Assembly: GCF_006345805.1 (NCBI RefSeq)
Contig: NC_043010.1
Location: forward strand, 33,170,001 to 33,234,000
Direction of reading: 5' to 3'
Source: Octopus sinensis
Taxonomy: Eukaryota
Length of the DNA: 64,000 nt
Positions 49,382-62,220 of the stretch are shown here, in pieces. The notes below the pieces were generated by a model, which saw nothing but the letters and a program-made list of their open reading frames with translations, was not told the DNA's origin and did no database searches. The translations under genes and the position numbers were made by a program. Position 1 is the first letter of the stretch; each line of letters starts with the position of its first letter.

Positions 49382-50507
49382 CTGCAAAAGTATGGAGATG
49401 TACACAAATTGAAAACCAAACACATACAAACATACTACACTACAGAATATATCAATAGATTTTATTCATCATTACTTAAGTGTAAAGTATGCCTATTTTT
49501 TAAAACTATTTAATCAAAGAGAAAACAGTGCTTGTGTGTGTGTGTATATATATATACACACACACACACACAACCATACATATGTATGAAGGCACAGACG
49601 TGGCAGTGTGGCAAGAAGCAATCTGAGCACTTTTGGCAATCAATATAATTATGGGTATAAGGAAAGCCACAAACCTTTTGAAGATCAAGGTCTCCAGTAT
49701 CATGACAGAAACAAGATTTTAAAAATTATCAGTTTCTATGAGACACTAGAGTACACCAATATGTGGAGATCCAAACATTAATCCCTTATAAAAATAAAAC
49801 TCATCGACTGTGACCAAAGCTCTTATAAAATATTCTATACACCAGTGAGATACCTATCTCCCGATGAGCATATGGTGGAATACATAGGTAGAACACGTTT
49901 CTAACAGTACATGCCTGGAAAACCCACAAGATCAAAGTTTGGAAGATTTGCAATGCAAGTACTGGGTATAGTTGTGGGTTCAATTTCTATACGGAGGAAA
50001 AGTAGAATAATGTAAGCTAGCATGAGCTAGAGTACTATATTTATTCTGTCCTGTTTTTTCAGTTCAGTCTAACTTGAGTGGATTCACAAACTGTGGTAGC
50101 ATACATATAAGCTACAGTAGTTGCAAGTAGGAAAGGGACGCCATTGGATATATAAAAAGCCAAGTTCTGATCCACAATTTTGTCTTGTCTGGGAAATGAA
50201 AACAGTGTAATTTAAAGGCAACAAAGGGATTAATGAAATTTGAACACGGAGGGGGTGGTGATGGTTTTAAAACCATGGTAGCATCTTGAAAGAAATTTTA
50301 TTTGTGATAGCTATTTCAGAATTTTATCATGAAAAGCAGAGTTAATCTTAGGTAGGTTTGTACCTAAAGTGCTAAAATACTCGTGAACTATGGAATATGT
50401 TTATAGAAAAGTTGAAACAAAATTGTGTGTGTGTGTGTGTATATATATATACCCACACACATGCACGAGTGATTGTAACAGCAATACCAGAGTAATCAAA
50501 AACTAAC

Positions 50508-50582
50508 CTGAGAAATTTGTGATTCAAAATCATCAGGCTTCTCGCCCGGAGGTTTAACAATCTTAGCGCAACTGGAATACAT
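50508..50582 (-). CDS. RPS7: RPS7 exon 2 (first coding exon)
   Basis: tttgtag|ATG YSSCAKIVKPPGEKPDDFESQISQ|gttag; 75 nt. Confidence 0.97.
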
Positions 50583-51429
50583 CTACAAATGTAAAATTGA
50601 TACAAAATTAGTACATTTTAGGATATACATACATGTTATGGAAAATATTTTCATACCTAGGTCACTGAAATTTATGTGATAGGCAGGGAATATCTTATGT
50701 CATACCAAGTATTTGGCAATTGTTCAGTTTACGGTTGCAAGAAAAAAAAAATAAATAAAAAGGACATAACTAAATACACCCGAGTATGTTGCCTGATACG
50801 TTACTCTTGTCCCCCCCATGTCATCTTTATCTGTTGTTTACAACTGATTCTTAGCTTCCCTTTGGAGAAAATGATTAGTTGGACTCAAAACTATTTGTAT
50901 CTCTCACACATAGATCTGTATTTTTTGACTGGTTGTCTAGCTATTATTTCTTACTGCTTTCTTTTTCCCTAAAAGTACGCCTCAAAAAAGATATAAAATA
51001 AAGAACTGAGAAAAAACAAAAACTGAACAAGTACCCAAGATAGTTTACCAATATTACAGATTTCACTAACAAAACAATCAATCCAAAAATTACACTGCCA
51101 TCCAATAAAAAAAGGATGAAGTAATGAAGTCTGCTAGATCAGGGGCCGCTCAGTAAATAACAACCACTTATACATGTCAAAGGACGAGATAGAAATAGCT
51201 AAATTTCCTTCAAATCACACTTGTTCATGGTTGACTTAGGCCCTACCTCTCCACACACCTATAAATACATTCTTGTTTCCTGTCTATCTGATAAGAGCAC
51301 GGGGTATTCAGACTAAATCTGAAAGTTTGCATAAAAAGGAAAAAACAATATCCCATTCAAAAATATTGTTTTTTAAATAAATAAAAAAAAATACCAACTA
51401 GATTATGGCCAGAAAATAGGTTTAATTTT

Positions 51430-51900
51430 AAAGTTAGTACCCTCAGCTTCAAGATAGCTCTGGCACCTGACAGAATCTTCTAACACCTGCTTGATCTTGG
51501 TCACCAGCTCAGCCGTGGTAGAGCAGTTGGTGTCCTCAACTACGCTCCTCATATACTAATGCATGCAATTTACACTCAGGGGAGACCAGAAATTGGGGCT
51601 GATGAAGTCATAAATTCTCCAACAGACACTTCTGACTATTTTCCGACGTATGACAAAGAACCGAACCGTTCCAAGATCAAGTCCCCGCGTCCAGCAGCTT
51701 CACGTAGCCATCAGGATTGAGTCGAAGGCCCGTTCAATGTTGTCATCACCTTCTAAGTCTTGATGTAGCCTTTAGTGTTCATAGAACACTAGTAATGATG
51801 TCGGCATTTTGATACGCGAAGAGGAGCTTCATGATACGGGTAATTCTCTCCCAATAGGCTTCAGTACTCCATGTCAGCAAACTTTATCTCAACTACATTA
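51430..51900 (-). mobile_element. Decayed Tc1/mariner-superfamily transposase C-terminus in RPS7 intron 1
   Basis: NCMH*YMRSVVEDTNCSTTAELVTKIKQVLED...EAEG resembles the NP.DY.VW..VE...T.AEL..KIKQ ends of DD34D/DD37D transposases. Confidence 0.6.
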
Positions 51901-52932
51901 ATCTTTATGCTAGCCAAGGGAAAAAAAAAAAACAAATATGGTCCGAACACCCTGTATAAAGCATAAACACTTGTATATGGGGAAAAATTTGAAGGGCAAT
52001 GAACGAAAATCGGTATTCTTCCGACCAGAAAATCATTAATGGTAACATAGCTCACGGTCATAAGATTAATATCTCGTGGATTGTTTCTTCAATGATAACA
52101 CAATTGCTCCTAACTAAAATCGCCTCGCCACGACAGCCCAGTTGAACAAATCCGACAGAAACCTAATCTTTTTCCCTCGAGGTGTAAATTGGAATACATC
52201 ATTCAATATACTACGATTTGGGGGCGATGGAGTCGCTGTCTCTAAAAGACCAAGCAAATTCAAAGATGCCCCTTATCCATTCGTTTTTAGCACTGATCAA
52301 CAGCTATTGAGAAAACCTATAATTTCAGTCATACCAGGCGTGACTATCCTGTCTTTTTACTTTAAGGACTAAATATTAATGTTTACTGTAGTTTTTAATT
52401 TTGAAGATATGTGAATTTGGAAGATTTGTCTGTTATAAACTGCCCTACTACAACGAACATACATTGGATACATGCTGTAACCTAACTTGCATTACAAATA
52501 AAGTTTAAACGGAAAGACAGGATGACTTAAGTGACTGAGATATCGAAATACAATGCTCCACATGCGGGAAGGTGTAAAATATTACCAGTTAAATCAATGT
52601 ATTAATTCTACAGTTGAACTGAAAACTAGAAATTATATATTTAATAAATTTCTGTTATTAAATAATCATTATTAAAACGCATCTCAGTGATTATGTTAAA
52701 CAAATGTAAAAATAATAGCATGTAATATACGTCGCTGTCACGCCGAGAGCCGATCAGCAATGTTTATCAGTTAATAATTCGTAGTTAAATTAAAGCATCT
52801 AAAAACAAAAATATATATGAACGGAAGAGTAATATATTAAATTTATATCTATATCGATATTTTAACACACAACGCTATATTAGAAGGAAAAATTTAGTTA
52901 ATTTATGAAGACAATCAAGAATTTAGACATAC

Positions 52933-52958
52933 CTCAGATAACGGCGCTAGCGGAAGAG
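52933..52958 (-). promoter_or_regulatory. RPS7: RPS7 non-coding exon 1 with TCT initiator / 5'TOP tract
   Basis: Minus strand TT-CTCTTCCGCTAGCGCCGTTATCTGAG|gtatgt: a pyrimidine-run start typical of ribosomal protein mRNAs, and a strong donor. The exact TSS is inferred. Confidence 0.8.
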
Positions 52959-53005
52959 AACGAATCTCGTTGTGGACTACTGAAGTCTCGTTACAACAAA
53001 ATTAA

Positions 53006-53013
53006 CCGGAAGT
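53006..53013. promoter_or_regulatory. ETS/GABP-type site CCGGAAGT in the RPS7 core promoter
   Basis: Perfect motif about 50 nt upstream of the inferred TSS; common in ribosomal protein promoters. Confidence 0.55.
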
Positions 53014-55584
53014 TGGTTACAACGTGCGCCGGTAATAAACAATTTTTATTTATTGTTTTAAAAAAGTTTTTTTTTATTTTTTAAAGCAAAACGGGATGTT
53101 TTGTCAATTATAATTTATTATAAGGGGGCGAGCTGGACGAAATGCTTAGCAGTATTTCATCTGTCTTTACGTTCCGAGTTCAAATTCTGCTGAGATCGAC
53201 TTCGCATTTCATCCTTTCAGCGTCAATAAATTAAGTACCAGTTGCGTACTGAAGTCGATCTAATCGACTGGTCCCCTCCCCAACATTTCGTGCCTGTGCC
53301 TAGAGTAGGAAAAGAATTATAATTTATTAAGTTTTAGATTATAAGGGAAGTTAAATTACTCAAAACTAGAAGTCGAAACGTGGCTTCGTCGCCCCCTGCC
53401 GCCACCTTGCTCAGCTAGAATTCTTTGTTTAATGTTACGAATGTCTTGTATAGAAATCTATTTACCACGCCCTGTATTTAGACACCCACACATTTTCCGT
53501 TTTATTTCTAGGAAACCGTTAACTGTTGCAGATAGTGTTCTATTTTTATATGACATCAGTGCTAGTTGCTGGCCTCTTAAGACGCCCGACCAGTATTTTA
53601 AATACACTCAAGCCTGCTTGCTGCTTAGATAATTTTATCGTCATGCCTTTCTATGCTGTGAAAAAAGGACGTGTACCCGGGGTATATGAGACATGGTGAG
53701 ACAATATTATTATTAATAATTATTTGCACATATAATTTGCCATTAATAGCCGACGAGAATGTATTGTAGCTCTTCACCCCGATATTCGAAACTTTGAGTA
53801 CTATAATGACAACCTTTTACAGTTTGTTCTAAATTATAATATATATATATATATATATATGTCAGTATGGGGAAATGTTAACTTTCCAACTCTTGAAGTA
53901 TTTGGTACTAAAAAATAACAATTCAATCTTACAAAGTTCAAAACCTTTGCGGTTTCATTTATTATTTATATCCCATACACGTGTAAATAATGAAATTATG
54001 CTTGGCATTACTCAGACTTTTGGCGGACTTATCCAAAACTCAGTCGGACTTTACTGCCACTTAAACACCGGTAGATTTCCGAAACAACGGAGATCAACAG
54101 GCGAGTGAAGTGGTCTCGAGATTCCATTTGTTTTCTAGTCTGTCGAATTTTCTTATACTGATGGTAAAAGACCAGATGGTATGATTTTCTTCACCCGTCA
54201 GCAAAAAAAACCCCCAAAAAACCCCACCTGTTGGGTGTTAGCAACTGTGTAGAAAACGAATATGAAAAAAAAAAAAATTGCGCAAATGAACCGGCGGATG
54301 GGAAGAGGACTTTCGGAAAATTCATAAGATCCGATTTTTCCGTCATAACTTTCGGAGACTAAAACAACCGTTCATTTTCACGGGGGGAATTTTGGGTCGC
54401 AGTTTTTCATAAAAATTTGAAATTAGAATTTGAATTTGTGTTTATTTTTTCCATATTCTTCATCTCCGTATTTTCCCACGTAGATTGATTGAAAAAAAAA
54501 ATTCGGAAAAAGTTTAAAAAAAAACTTTAATTTCATATTACTTCGGGAAATTAATCTGAAAGAAATTTTTACAGAAAGGCGAGTGGATCGATTATATATT
54601 TCTTTCGTTATGTTACCGAAGTTTTGCGAGATTTGGCTCTTATTTCTAGCATGTGGATAACCTGCTTGAAGGCCAAGGCCGGAGAATAGAGATTTTGAAA
54701 ATGCGATTTTTGAAATTTTCTTTGCAGAATCGGATCCTCCATAACCAAAGACGTGGGATTCCGTAAAAATAAAAAAAAATCAATATATATACATTTTACC
54801 GAAAGTTATGATGGAAAAATCGGATCTTATGAATTTTCCGAGAGTGCTCTCCCCCACACCCCCGGATCATTTGCACAATTTTTTTGTTTTGTCATATTCG
54901 TTTTCTACACAGTTGGGTTTTTTGTTTTTGTTAACGGGTGAAGATCTTTATATTAACCCTTTTATGTGTCCTTACACTGATGGGCACCCTCTACTCTCCA
55001 ATATAGTACTATGTAAGATTCTTTTGTTACATACCCGGTTCTTTTACTGTTATTGCCGGTTGGTTTTCTTACTGTTGTCGACAGAACAAATTTCAAAATA
55101 TTCAGTGTTACCTACCAACTATATTTTGCAACTATTGTTATTGAAACCACTGGTATTTGTGAGCAAATAACAAAAAGGAAAAAAATAATAAATCCTGGAA
55201 ACCCTTATTCTAATGACAAAGCACATGGCTCTGTGAAAACCCTTACCAAATTATATTGTTGCAGACAATTCTGTTACAGTCTCGTCTCCGCTATTGTCTT
55301 TTGAAATGAACTGCCCTTTTTGTTAAAAAAAAAAAATTACTATGCACGTATGTTTTATGCCAACTGTTCATATATGACAATGGAATTATTTTAAACATTT
55401 AGGCTGCAGTGACGAGTGGTTATTTACCTAAATTTAGGGATACGTTAGTTAAAAGTTAGCTCTACAACCACGTGGGCTCGGAGTTTATATATAAAACCTT
55501 AAATTTTCAAAAATGTTTCAGGCCGAAAGCTGCAGCCATGCTGGGGCACCACCGTTGAATGTACTACACTAGTATGTGAAACCA

Positions 55585-56580
55585 CCTCTGATACGTGGCA
55601 CTTGCTCAACAAGTTCGACGCTCCTGCTGAGAAGTAGGTTCATCTGGAACCCCTGACAAGAAGAGATTGAGTTTAGTTTTAAAGAAACCCACATCCACAC
55701 CATGCAGGTCTCTGAGGCATTTAGGAAAAATATTGAAGTGCTGTGGTCCCCTGAATCCCAAGCTGTTGCAGTATCTGGTCCTGTATTTTGATGATGATGT
55801 TGGGATTTTTTTTAGCACCATGAAGTGGCGCCCTGTTCTGCTGTTGGGGTAACTTTCAATGACAAAATTCGGGACAAGGCCCTCCAGGATTTTCCAGATG
55901 TATATCACTGAATATCTCTCCTACCTTTGCTCCAGGGAGAAGAGTTTTAATATTTTCATGTCAGGGCCCGGGTCATGCACTAATTTTGACTCAGGAATTG
56001 CAGTTCTTCCTGGACCAGTGTATCCAGTTTGCATGTTGTTCAGCTTTGTGTGCCGGTAGCGCAGGGCTTGGAACTTTCCTGTATTAAACTGCATGTTGTT
56101 GTCCTCAGCCGACCTGTATATTGTATCCAACTCCTGTTGCAGATGTGCAATATTTCCAGGGTTTTGTATTGTCTGAGAGAGTTTTGTGTCATCTGTATAG
56201 CTAGCAAGGGTGGCCATCTTAGCAACTGAGGGCATGTCTGAAAGGGCCACTATGAACAGCAGTGGCCCCAAGACAGTGCCCTGTGGAACACCACTTGTTA
56301 TTTGTGTTTCCTTGGAGGTGGCTCCATTGGCCATCACTAACTGCCTTCTAGCTTTTAGGAAGTTGTACAGCCATTCTCCAAGTTTTCCGCCTGTGCCGAG
56401 ATCATGCAGTTTGTGACAGATCATACCATGGTTGACTTTATCAGAGGCTTTTGCAAAGTCAAGATATATCACATCCACACTCGAGCCATTTAGTAGTGTT
56501 ACAGGAGCTGTGTTAGACAGCTTCTACCTGGTCAAAATCCATGCTGGGTGTCAGTCAGCAAGTCATTTTCTTCAAGGAAC
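55585..56580 (-). mobile_element. Truncated CR1/L2-type LINE, same family and orientation as 46565-48000
   Basis: DVIYLDFAKASDKVNH...SGVPQGTVLGPLLFI...YTDDTK; IYIWKILEGLVPN. Confidence 0.9.
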
Positions 56581-57117
56581 ATGCATATATATATATATAC
56601 ATATACATGTGTATATATGATTCCGAAACGCGCGTCTATGGATAATCGGATATTGATTGATTTTCGTTACATTACCCTCTGCCTGGATAAATAGGATTCA
56701 AGTATTATGGTTTCTCTGGTAGACCCCTTTTTTTAAGTAGAGGAAATGGCTTAGATTTTGGCTGCTATTTCTGAATTTCGGTATGTGGTGATGCATTTCT
56801 TTTGCTAACCCCTCAATATTAGTATATATATATATATATGTATATATATGATCGTTGTGGTCCTCAGTAAAGAGTCCTGTGAATTCCATTTTCTGTCTAT
56901 TTTATATATGTGAAAGCAATTGGTGGTGGGGGACATCTTCTCTGAGCTCTGCCTATACTGTTTTACATTTATTTACAATATATCCAGGTTTTCTGTTACA
57001 TTGTAAGGTTTATTTGTTTTAGGTGTAATTGATATTTGTTGTCTCTAAGTGGGGTGTGGTTGGCCTTTGCAAACATTTCACATGAGTATAAATGGGTGTT
57101 ATGTGTGTGTGTGTGCG

Positions 57118-57160
<43 letters not shown>

Positions 57161-57169
57161 ATACATACA

Positions 57170-57980
57170 TAGTAGTTGATAGCTTCCGTTACCTAGGTAA
57201 CCAAGTCAGGAGTGGGTGTGCTGAAAGTGTAACTGCTAGAATAAGAATAGCCTGGGCAAAGTTCAGAGAGCCCTTACCTCTGCTGGTGACAAAGGGCCTC
57301 TCACTCAGAGTAAAAGGCAGACTGTATGATGCATGTGTACGAACAGCCATACTACATGGCAGTGAAACATGGGCCGTGACTGCTGAGGACATGCGTAAGC
57401 TCGCAAGGAATGAAGTCAGTATGCTCCAATGGATGTGTAATGTCAGTGTACATACTCGACAGAGTGTAAGTACCTTGAGAGAAAAGTTGGACCTAAGAAG
57501 CATCAGATGTGGTGTGCAAGAGAGACGATTGCGCTAGTATGGTCATGTAGCGAGAATGGATGAAGATAGTTGTGTTAAAAAGTGCCACACCCTAGTGGAA
57601 GAGGTAGACCCAGGAAAACCTGGGACGAGGTGGTGAAGCACGGCCTTCGAACTTTAGGTCTCACCGAGGAAATGACTAGAGACCGAGACCTTTGGAAGTA
57701 CGCTGTGCGTGAGAAGACCCGGCAGGACAAGTGAGGCCATAATCCCGTGGCCTCTACCTGGGATGTAGCCAGCCCACTTATGCATTCCTTTCCTTCTTTG
57801 GACACTAAACTCTGCTTGCGAAGACCTGTTGAGGCAAGTGAAATCGAAATCGAACCAAATTGAACGACTGGCACCCATGCCAACTTCCCTTCATTGGACA
57901 CTAAACTCTGCTTGCGAAGACCAGTTGGGGCAAGTGAAATCGAAATTGAACCAAATTCGATGACTGGCACCTGTGCCAGT
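57170..57980 (+). mobile_element. 5'-truncated RTE LINE (RT C-terminus and 3' UTR with a tandem duplication)
   Basis: VDSFRYLG...ARIRIAWAKFRE...KGRLYDACVRTAILHGSETWAV...RRLR*YGHVARM; the TGGACACTAAACTCTGCTTGCGAAGACC unit is duplicated. Confidence 0.9.
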
Positions 57981-58719
57981 GGAGCGCTAACAGCTCCATC
58001 CAAGCAAGATTACTGCCAGAGCAGCTGTCATGTTTCCGTGCTGGTGGGCACGTAAAAAGCACCATTTGAGTGTGATCGTTACCTGCATTGCCTTACTGGC
58101 ACTTGTACCGTGGCACATGAACAAAACATTCGAGCGAGGTCATTACCAGTGCCCCTAGACTGACTCCTGTGCAGGTGGCACATAAAAAACACCATTTCGA
58201 GTGTGGCCGTTGCCAGTACCGCCAGACTGGCCCTCGTGCTGGTGGCACGTAAAAGCACCCACTACACTTTCGGAGTGGTTGGGGTTTGTTTAAAGAAGTC
58301 TTGCCCTGGTATGTGATGTGTTTTTTATTTTCCCTTGGCGAAGGAGTAATTATCGTAATGCACCTTCGTGCATTAAATATGGTAATGAACCCCTGGAATG
58401 GCCATAGGGAATGTAAATATGGTTTCTTCTTTTTTGCTTGGACACTGGCTTTTCATAATAGGTCTTCCCCTTATCTTAAAAAGTAATTTTTAATTGAAAA
58501 AATTTCTAAACGATGAACTTTTATCTTACCATATATATTATATAAGTATATATATATGTGTATATATATATGTGTGTATATATATATATGTGCACACACA
58601 CACACACTCATGTGTATTTTACTGTCTTGAGAGGATCGTTACACCAATAACACACACACACACACACACACAAGTTCAATGCCACTTCTCATACAATGTA
58701 AACATGAACATAGTAATAG

Positions 58720-59360
58720 TGGACTTATGATAATGAACAATATGTCTCCTCTGTGTGAACTATATGAAATAAAGAGACATGCATAGGACTTCATGCACTG
58801 CATGCAGTTCTCTAGAAAGAAATTAGATATAAGGATGCCAGTGGAACCTGCCCTAGACATTGGGGCAAACATTGGAGCAAAATACAGAGGATTTGTGACT
58901 GAGCAAACACTTGGTATAAAGCAGATGAATATCAAGGAGTGATGTTTGTAGAGGTTGTGCTGCATTAGAAGTTAGCCCATAGGTTTAGAAAGGCCCTGAA
59001 GAACACCAAACTCAATGTTAAGATTGTTGAGAAACTAGTGAGATCCACAATTATGAAAGATGTGTCCCTATGATAAGATCATATGCACTAAGAACTGTAG
59101 TTTATACTTTTTACTCCACTATTAACTGTAAGACCAGGAATGTGGTCTGCAGCATAAAATGCATGGAGATGGTGTACAAGATACATTGGAGAGAGTAAAT
59201 GGACACTGGTGGAAGTATAATGACAGGAGACAGCCATCTATACTCTATCAACATGGTGGCATGGTTGACTGAATTAACATTGATATTTTGTCTAAACATC
59301 CAAGAGACCCTTTGATTAGACAAATACATTAGAATATCCTCATAAACAAAACATTACCAA
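58720..59360 (+). mobile_element. Decayed Penelope-like retroelement (GIY-YIG endonuclease end)
   Basis: LAHRFRKALKNTKLNVKIVEK, INCKTRNVVCSIKC and YIGESKWTL traces across frameshifts. Confidence 0.55.
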
Positions 59361-60399
59361 TACTGAATAGAAAATACAGATAATAGGTTGTAGAAATTCA
59401 ACGTTACTGTTACCACTCATGTAATATGCATACATGGGTGTGTCCATGTGGGTGGATCAGTAGGCATGTATATGATGATATAGGCAGGTATAAAAAAGGT
59501 TGGGGTAGAATAACAGTAGAATGCAAGTAAGCCCATACAAATAGATACATGTAAGTATGCACAATTGCACACATATAGGCATAGGTAAGTATAAATAAGG
59601 TAGGAAATATGACAGAAGGCTATCAGGGAATGCATACAAATACATTTAGGCGTAGGAGTGACTGTGTGGTAAGTAGCTTGCTTAGGAACCACATGGTTCC
59701 GGGTTCAGTCCCACTGCGTGGCACCTTGAGTAAGTGTCTTCTGCTATAGCCTCAGGCTGACCAAAGCCTTGTGAGTGGATTTGGTAGACGGAAACTGAAA
59801 GAAGCCTGTCATATATATGTGTGTCTGTGTTTTTCCCCCCAACATCGCTTGACAACTGATGCTGGTGTGTTTATGTCCCCGTAACATAGCAGTTTGGCAA
59901 AAGAGAATGATAGAATAAGTACTACGCTTACAAAGAATAAGTCCTGGGGTTCGATTTGCTCGACTAAAGGTGGTGCTCCAGCATGGCCGCATTCAAATGA
60001 CTGAAACAAAAGAGTAAGGAGTATATAGGTGTGAACAGTTCCTATACACATGCGCACATAAACACACAGAGGAACACAACCACACACATACATGCAAGCA
60101 TACACACAGATTCTTGCTTCTTTAAAAAACTGCCAGATATGCACACACACACATGCTGGAATACACTCTGATAATACATACATACAAACATACTTACTTA
60201 CTCACTGAACTGACTCAACCACACAAATATGCCTCCTAGACCACACAACTGTGCACGATCAGATGCTCACACGTACATCAACCCTGTTCTTCCCTCTCCC
60301 TCCCCACATAAAGAACTACACCCTAAACCCATAAATCTTCATATATGAGACCATATATGAGAACAAAAAGCCAAACCATTAAAGGGGCCATGGATGGCT

Positions 60400-60770
60400 A
60401 GTGCATACAAGTCCTTGGTTTCAGTGGCTATTGTGCATGATTCTGGCTATGAACTGGTTGATCACCATCCCTATTCTCTTGATCCTATTCTATTGATTTG
60501 GATCCATCTGACAATCATTTGTTCCCCAAATTGAAAATTACTTGGCTGGGAACCAGTATCACAGTGATGATAATGTCATATCTGCTGTTGACTTTTTTTT
60601 ATTAACTGGATGAAAACTTCTTCACTAATGGGATCCAAACACTGCAATGTTGATGGAAGAAGTGTGTGGAGCACAAGAGGGACTATGTTGAAAAATAAAT
60701 CCCATTTGATCACATTCCATGAGAGTATCTTAGTTAGCCAATGAACTTTTCAACTGGTCCTTGGGATCAG
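60400..60770 (+). mobile_element. Mariner transposase C-terminal remnant with right end
   Basis: (H)PYSIDLDPSDNHLFPKLK...GNQYHSDDNVISAV...FFTNGIQTL...WKKCVEHKRDYVEK*. Confidence 0.8.
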
Positions 60771-61911
60771 TGTTACTGCAGTAAAATAGATCTATTTTGA
60801 CCAAACATGCAATATTAGTTATATCACTCTAGGTACTGAGTTCAAATCACGCTGGAAATGTCTTGACTTTTTGTTTTTATAGAGTCGGTAAAATAAACAG
60901 AAGACATATATTGAAGTATATTGAAGCCAGCATCCTCCCTCAAAATATGTGGTATTGTGCTAGCAAGCTGGCAGAATCATTATTATGCCAGACAAACTGC
61001 TTAGCTGTATTTTTTCCAGTTTTATGTTTTGAGTTCAAATGTTGCTAAAGTTGATAGTGCCTTTCATCTTTTTGGGGGTCAATTAAATGACTACCAGTTG
61101 AGAATTGGAGTTGATGTAATTGACTAGTCCCCTCTCCTAAAAATATTTCAGGCCTAGTACCTTTAGTAGAAAGAATTATTTTTTAATTTTTATTATTGAG
61201 CATGTAAGTTCCGTAGCTGCTTATAAAAAAGTTTCTGTTTGAGTTTGTGTTTTATATTTGTTAATTAGCCCCAGGTCTGCACTGACTAAGTAATAATTAC
61301 CCCAGAGAAGATTGAGCAACCCCATGTTGAAAATTGTTCTAATCCTGATCATTCCATCTAATTAGGACTACATTACCTGGTGTGTCCTTTCCTTTTAAGG
61401 TAGTGAAGCATTGAGAAAGATTTAGCTATTATTTCCAGCATGTCAAGCAACCACAAAGAGGTTCCCTCATTGGTTTATGTGCTTCAGTTTTAAGTTTCTC
61501 CAGTTTAAGAATACCAGGACCACCATCTCACAACCTGGATACCTTTAGTGCAGTCCATTCTGCTGCAAGCATTCAGAATAAGTCCCCGGTTTAAGGATAT
61601 CTTGATGTGTTTGCTGCAAACTATGACCCATGGGTTTTTATTTCTACCCCTCCTCCAGTTTTAGGTACCCTACAAAAAAAAAAAAAATCAAAGACTGTGC
61701 CCTTCCTCATCTGGTTAACTCTTTAGCATTTAAACTGACCATATCTGGCTAAAATATTCTACCTGTGTTTTGTTCAAACTGGCTAGATCTTGCCTCTCAC
61801 ACCTACCAGATTTTTAAAATAGACAACCACACCATCAATATCTCAAACCTACAAATAATGCGTGATTAATTCAAAACAATGCAAATAAATATGCATTACA
61901 TTTCACAGTAA

Positions 61912-62220
61912 CATCATTAGCGGAAAGTGTAACCTCTCAAAGGAGCTGTTCTTCACTCCTGCTCCAGAGCGTCAGCTGCAGGATCACTCCAAAAAGCTCT
62001 ATCTGCAGCGATTTCATCTCAATCGAAGGAGAGGGGCTTTCTCCGTCCGGTTTGCGGATCCGTGGAATAAGCTGCCAGACGAGATAGTGAAGATGCCGAC
62101 AACCGCTCGGTTCAAAGTCTCTCTTGACCAGAAATGGCATGAACACCACCCTGTACATAACTCCATGTCCCCCTACATGGCCTTGCTTTTTGCTTTTTGA
62201 GCCAAAAAATTAACTTAACT
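61912..62220 (+). mobile_element. CR1-type LINE 3' fragment nested in a MITE
   Basis: RRFHLNRRRGLFSVRFADPWNKLPDEIVKMPTTARFKVSLDQKW-like frame and a TTAAC tail; MITE halves flank it. Confidence 0.75.

Noticed and set aside
49921-49980. Hairpin with a 9-bp AACCCACAA/TTGTGGGTT stem as an H/ACA snoRNA
   Set aside because: No ACA box at the right distance and a weak inner stem.
43054-52932. U17/snR30 (SNORA73) snoRNA in RPS7 introns, as in some fish and amphibians
   Set aside because: I found no sense-strand ATATTCCTA...AAACCAT...ACA arrangement. ATATTCCA at about 50391-50398 lacks the m2 and ACA elements.
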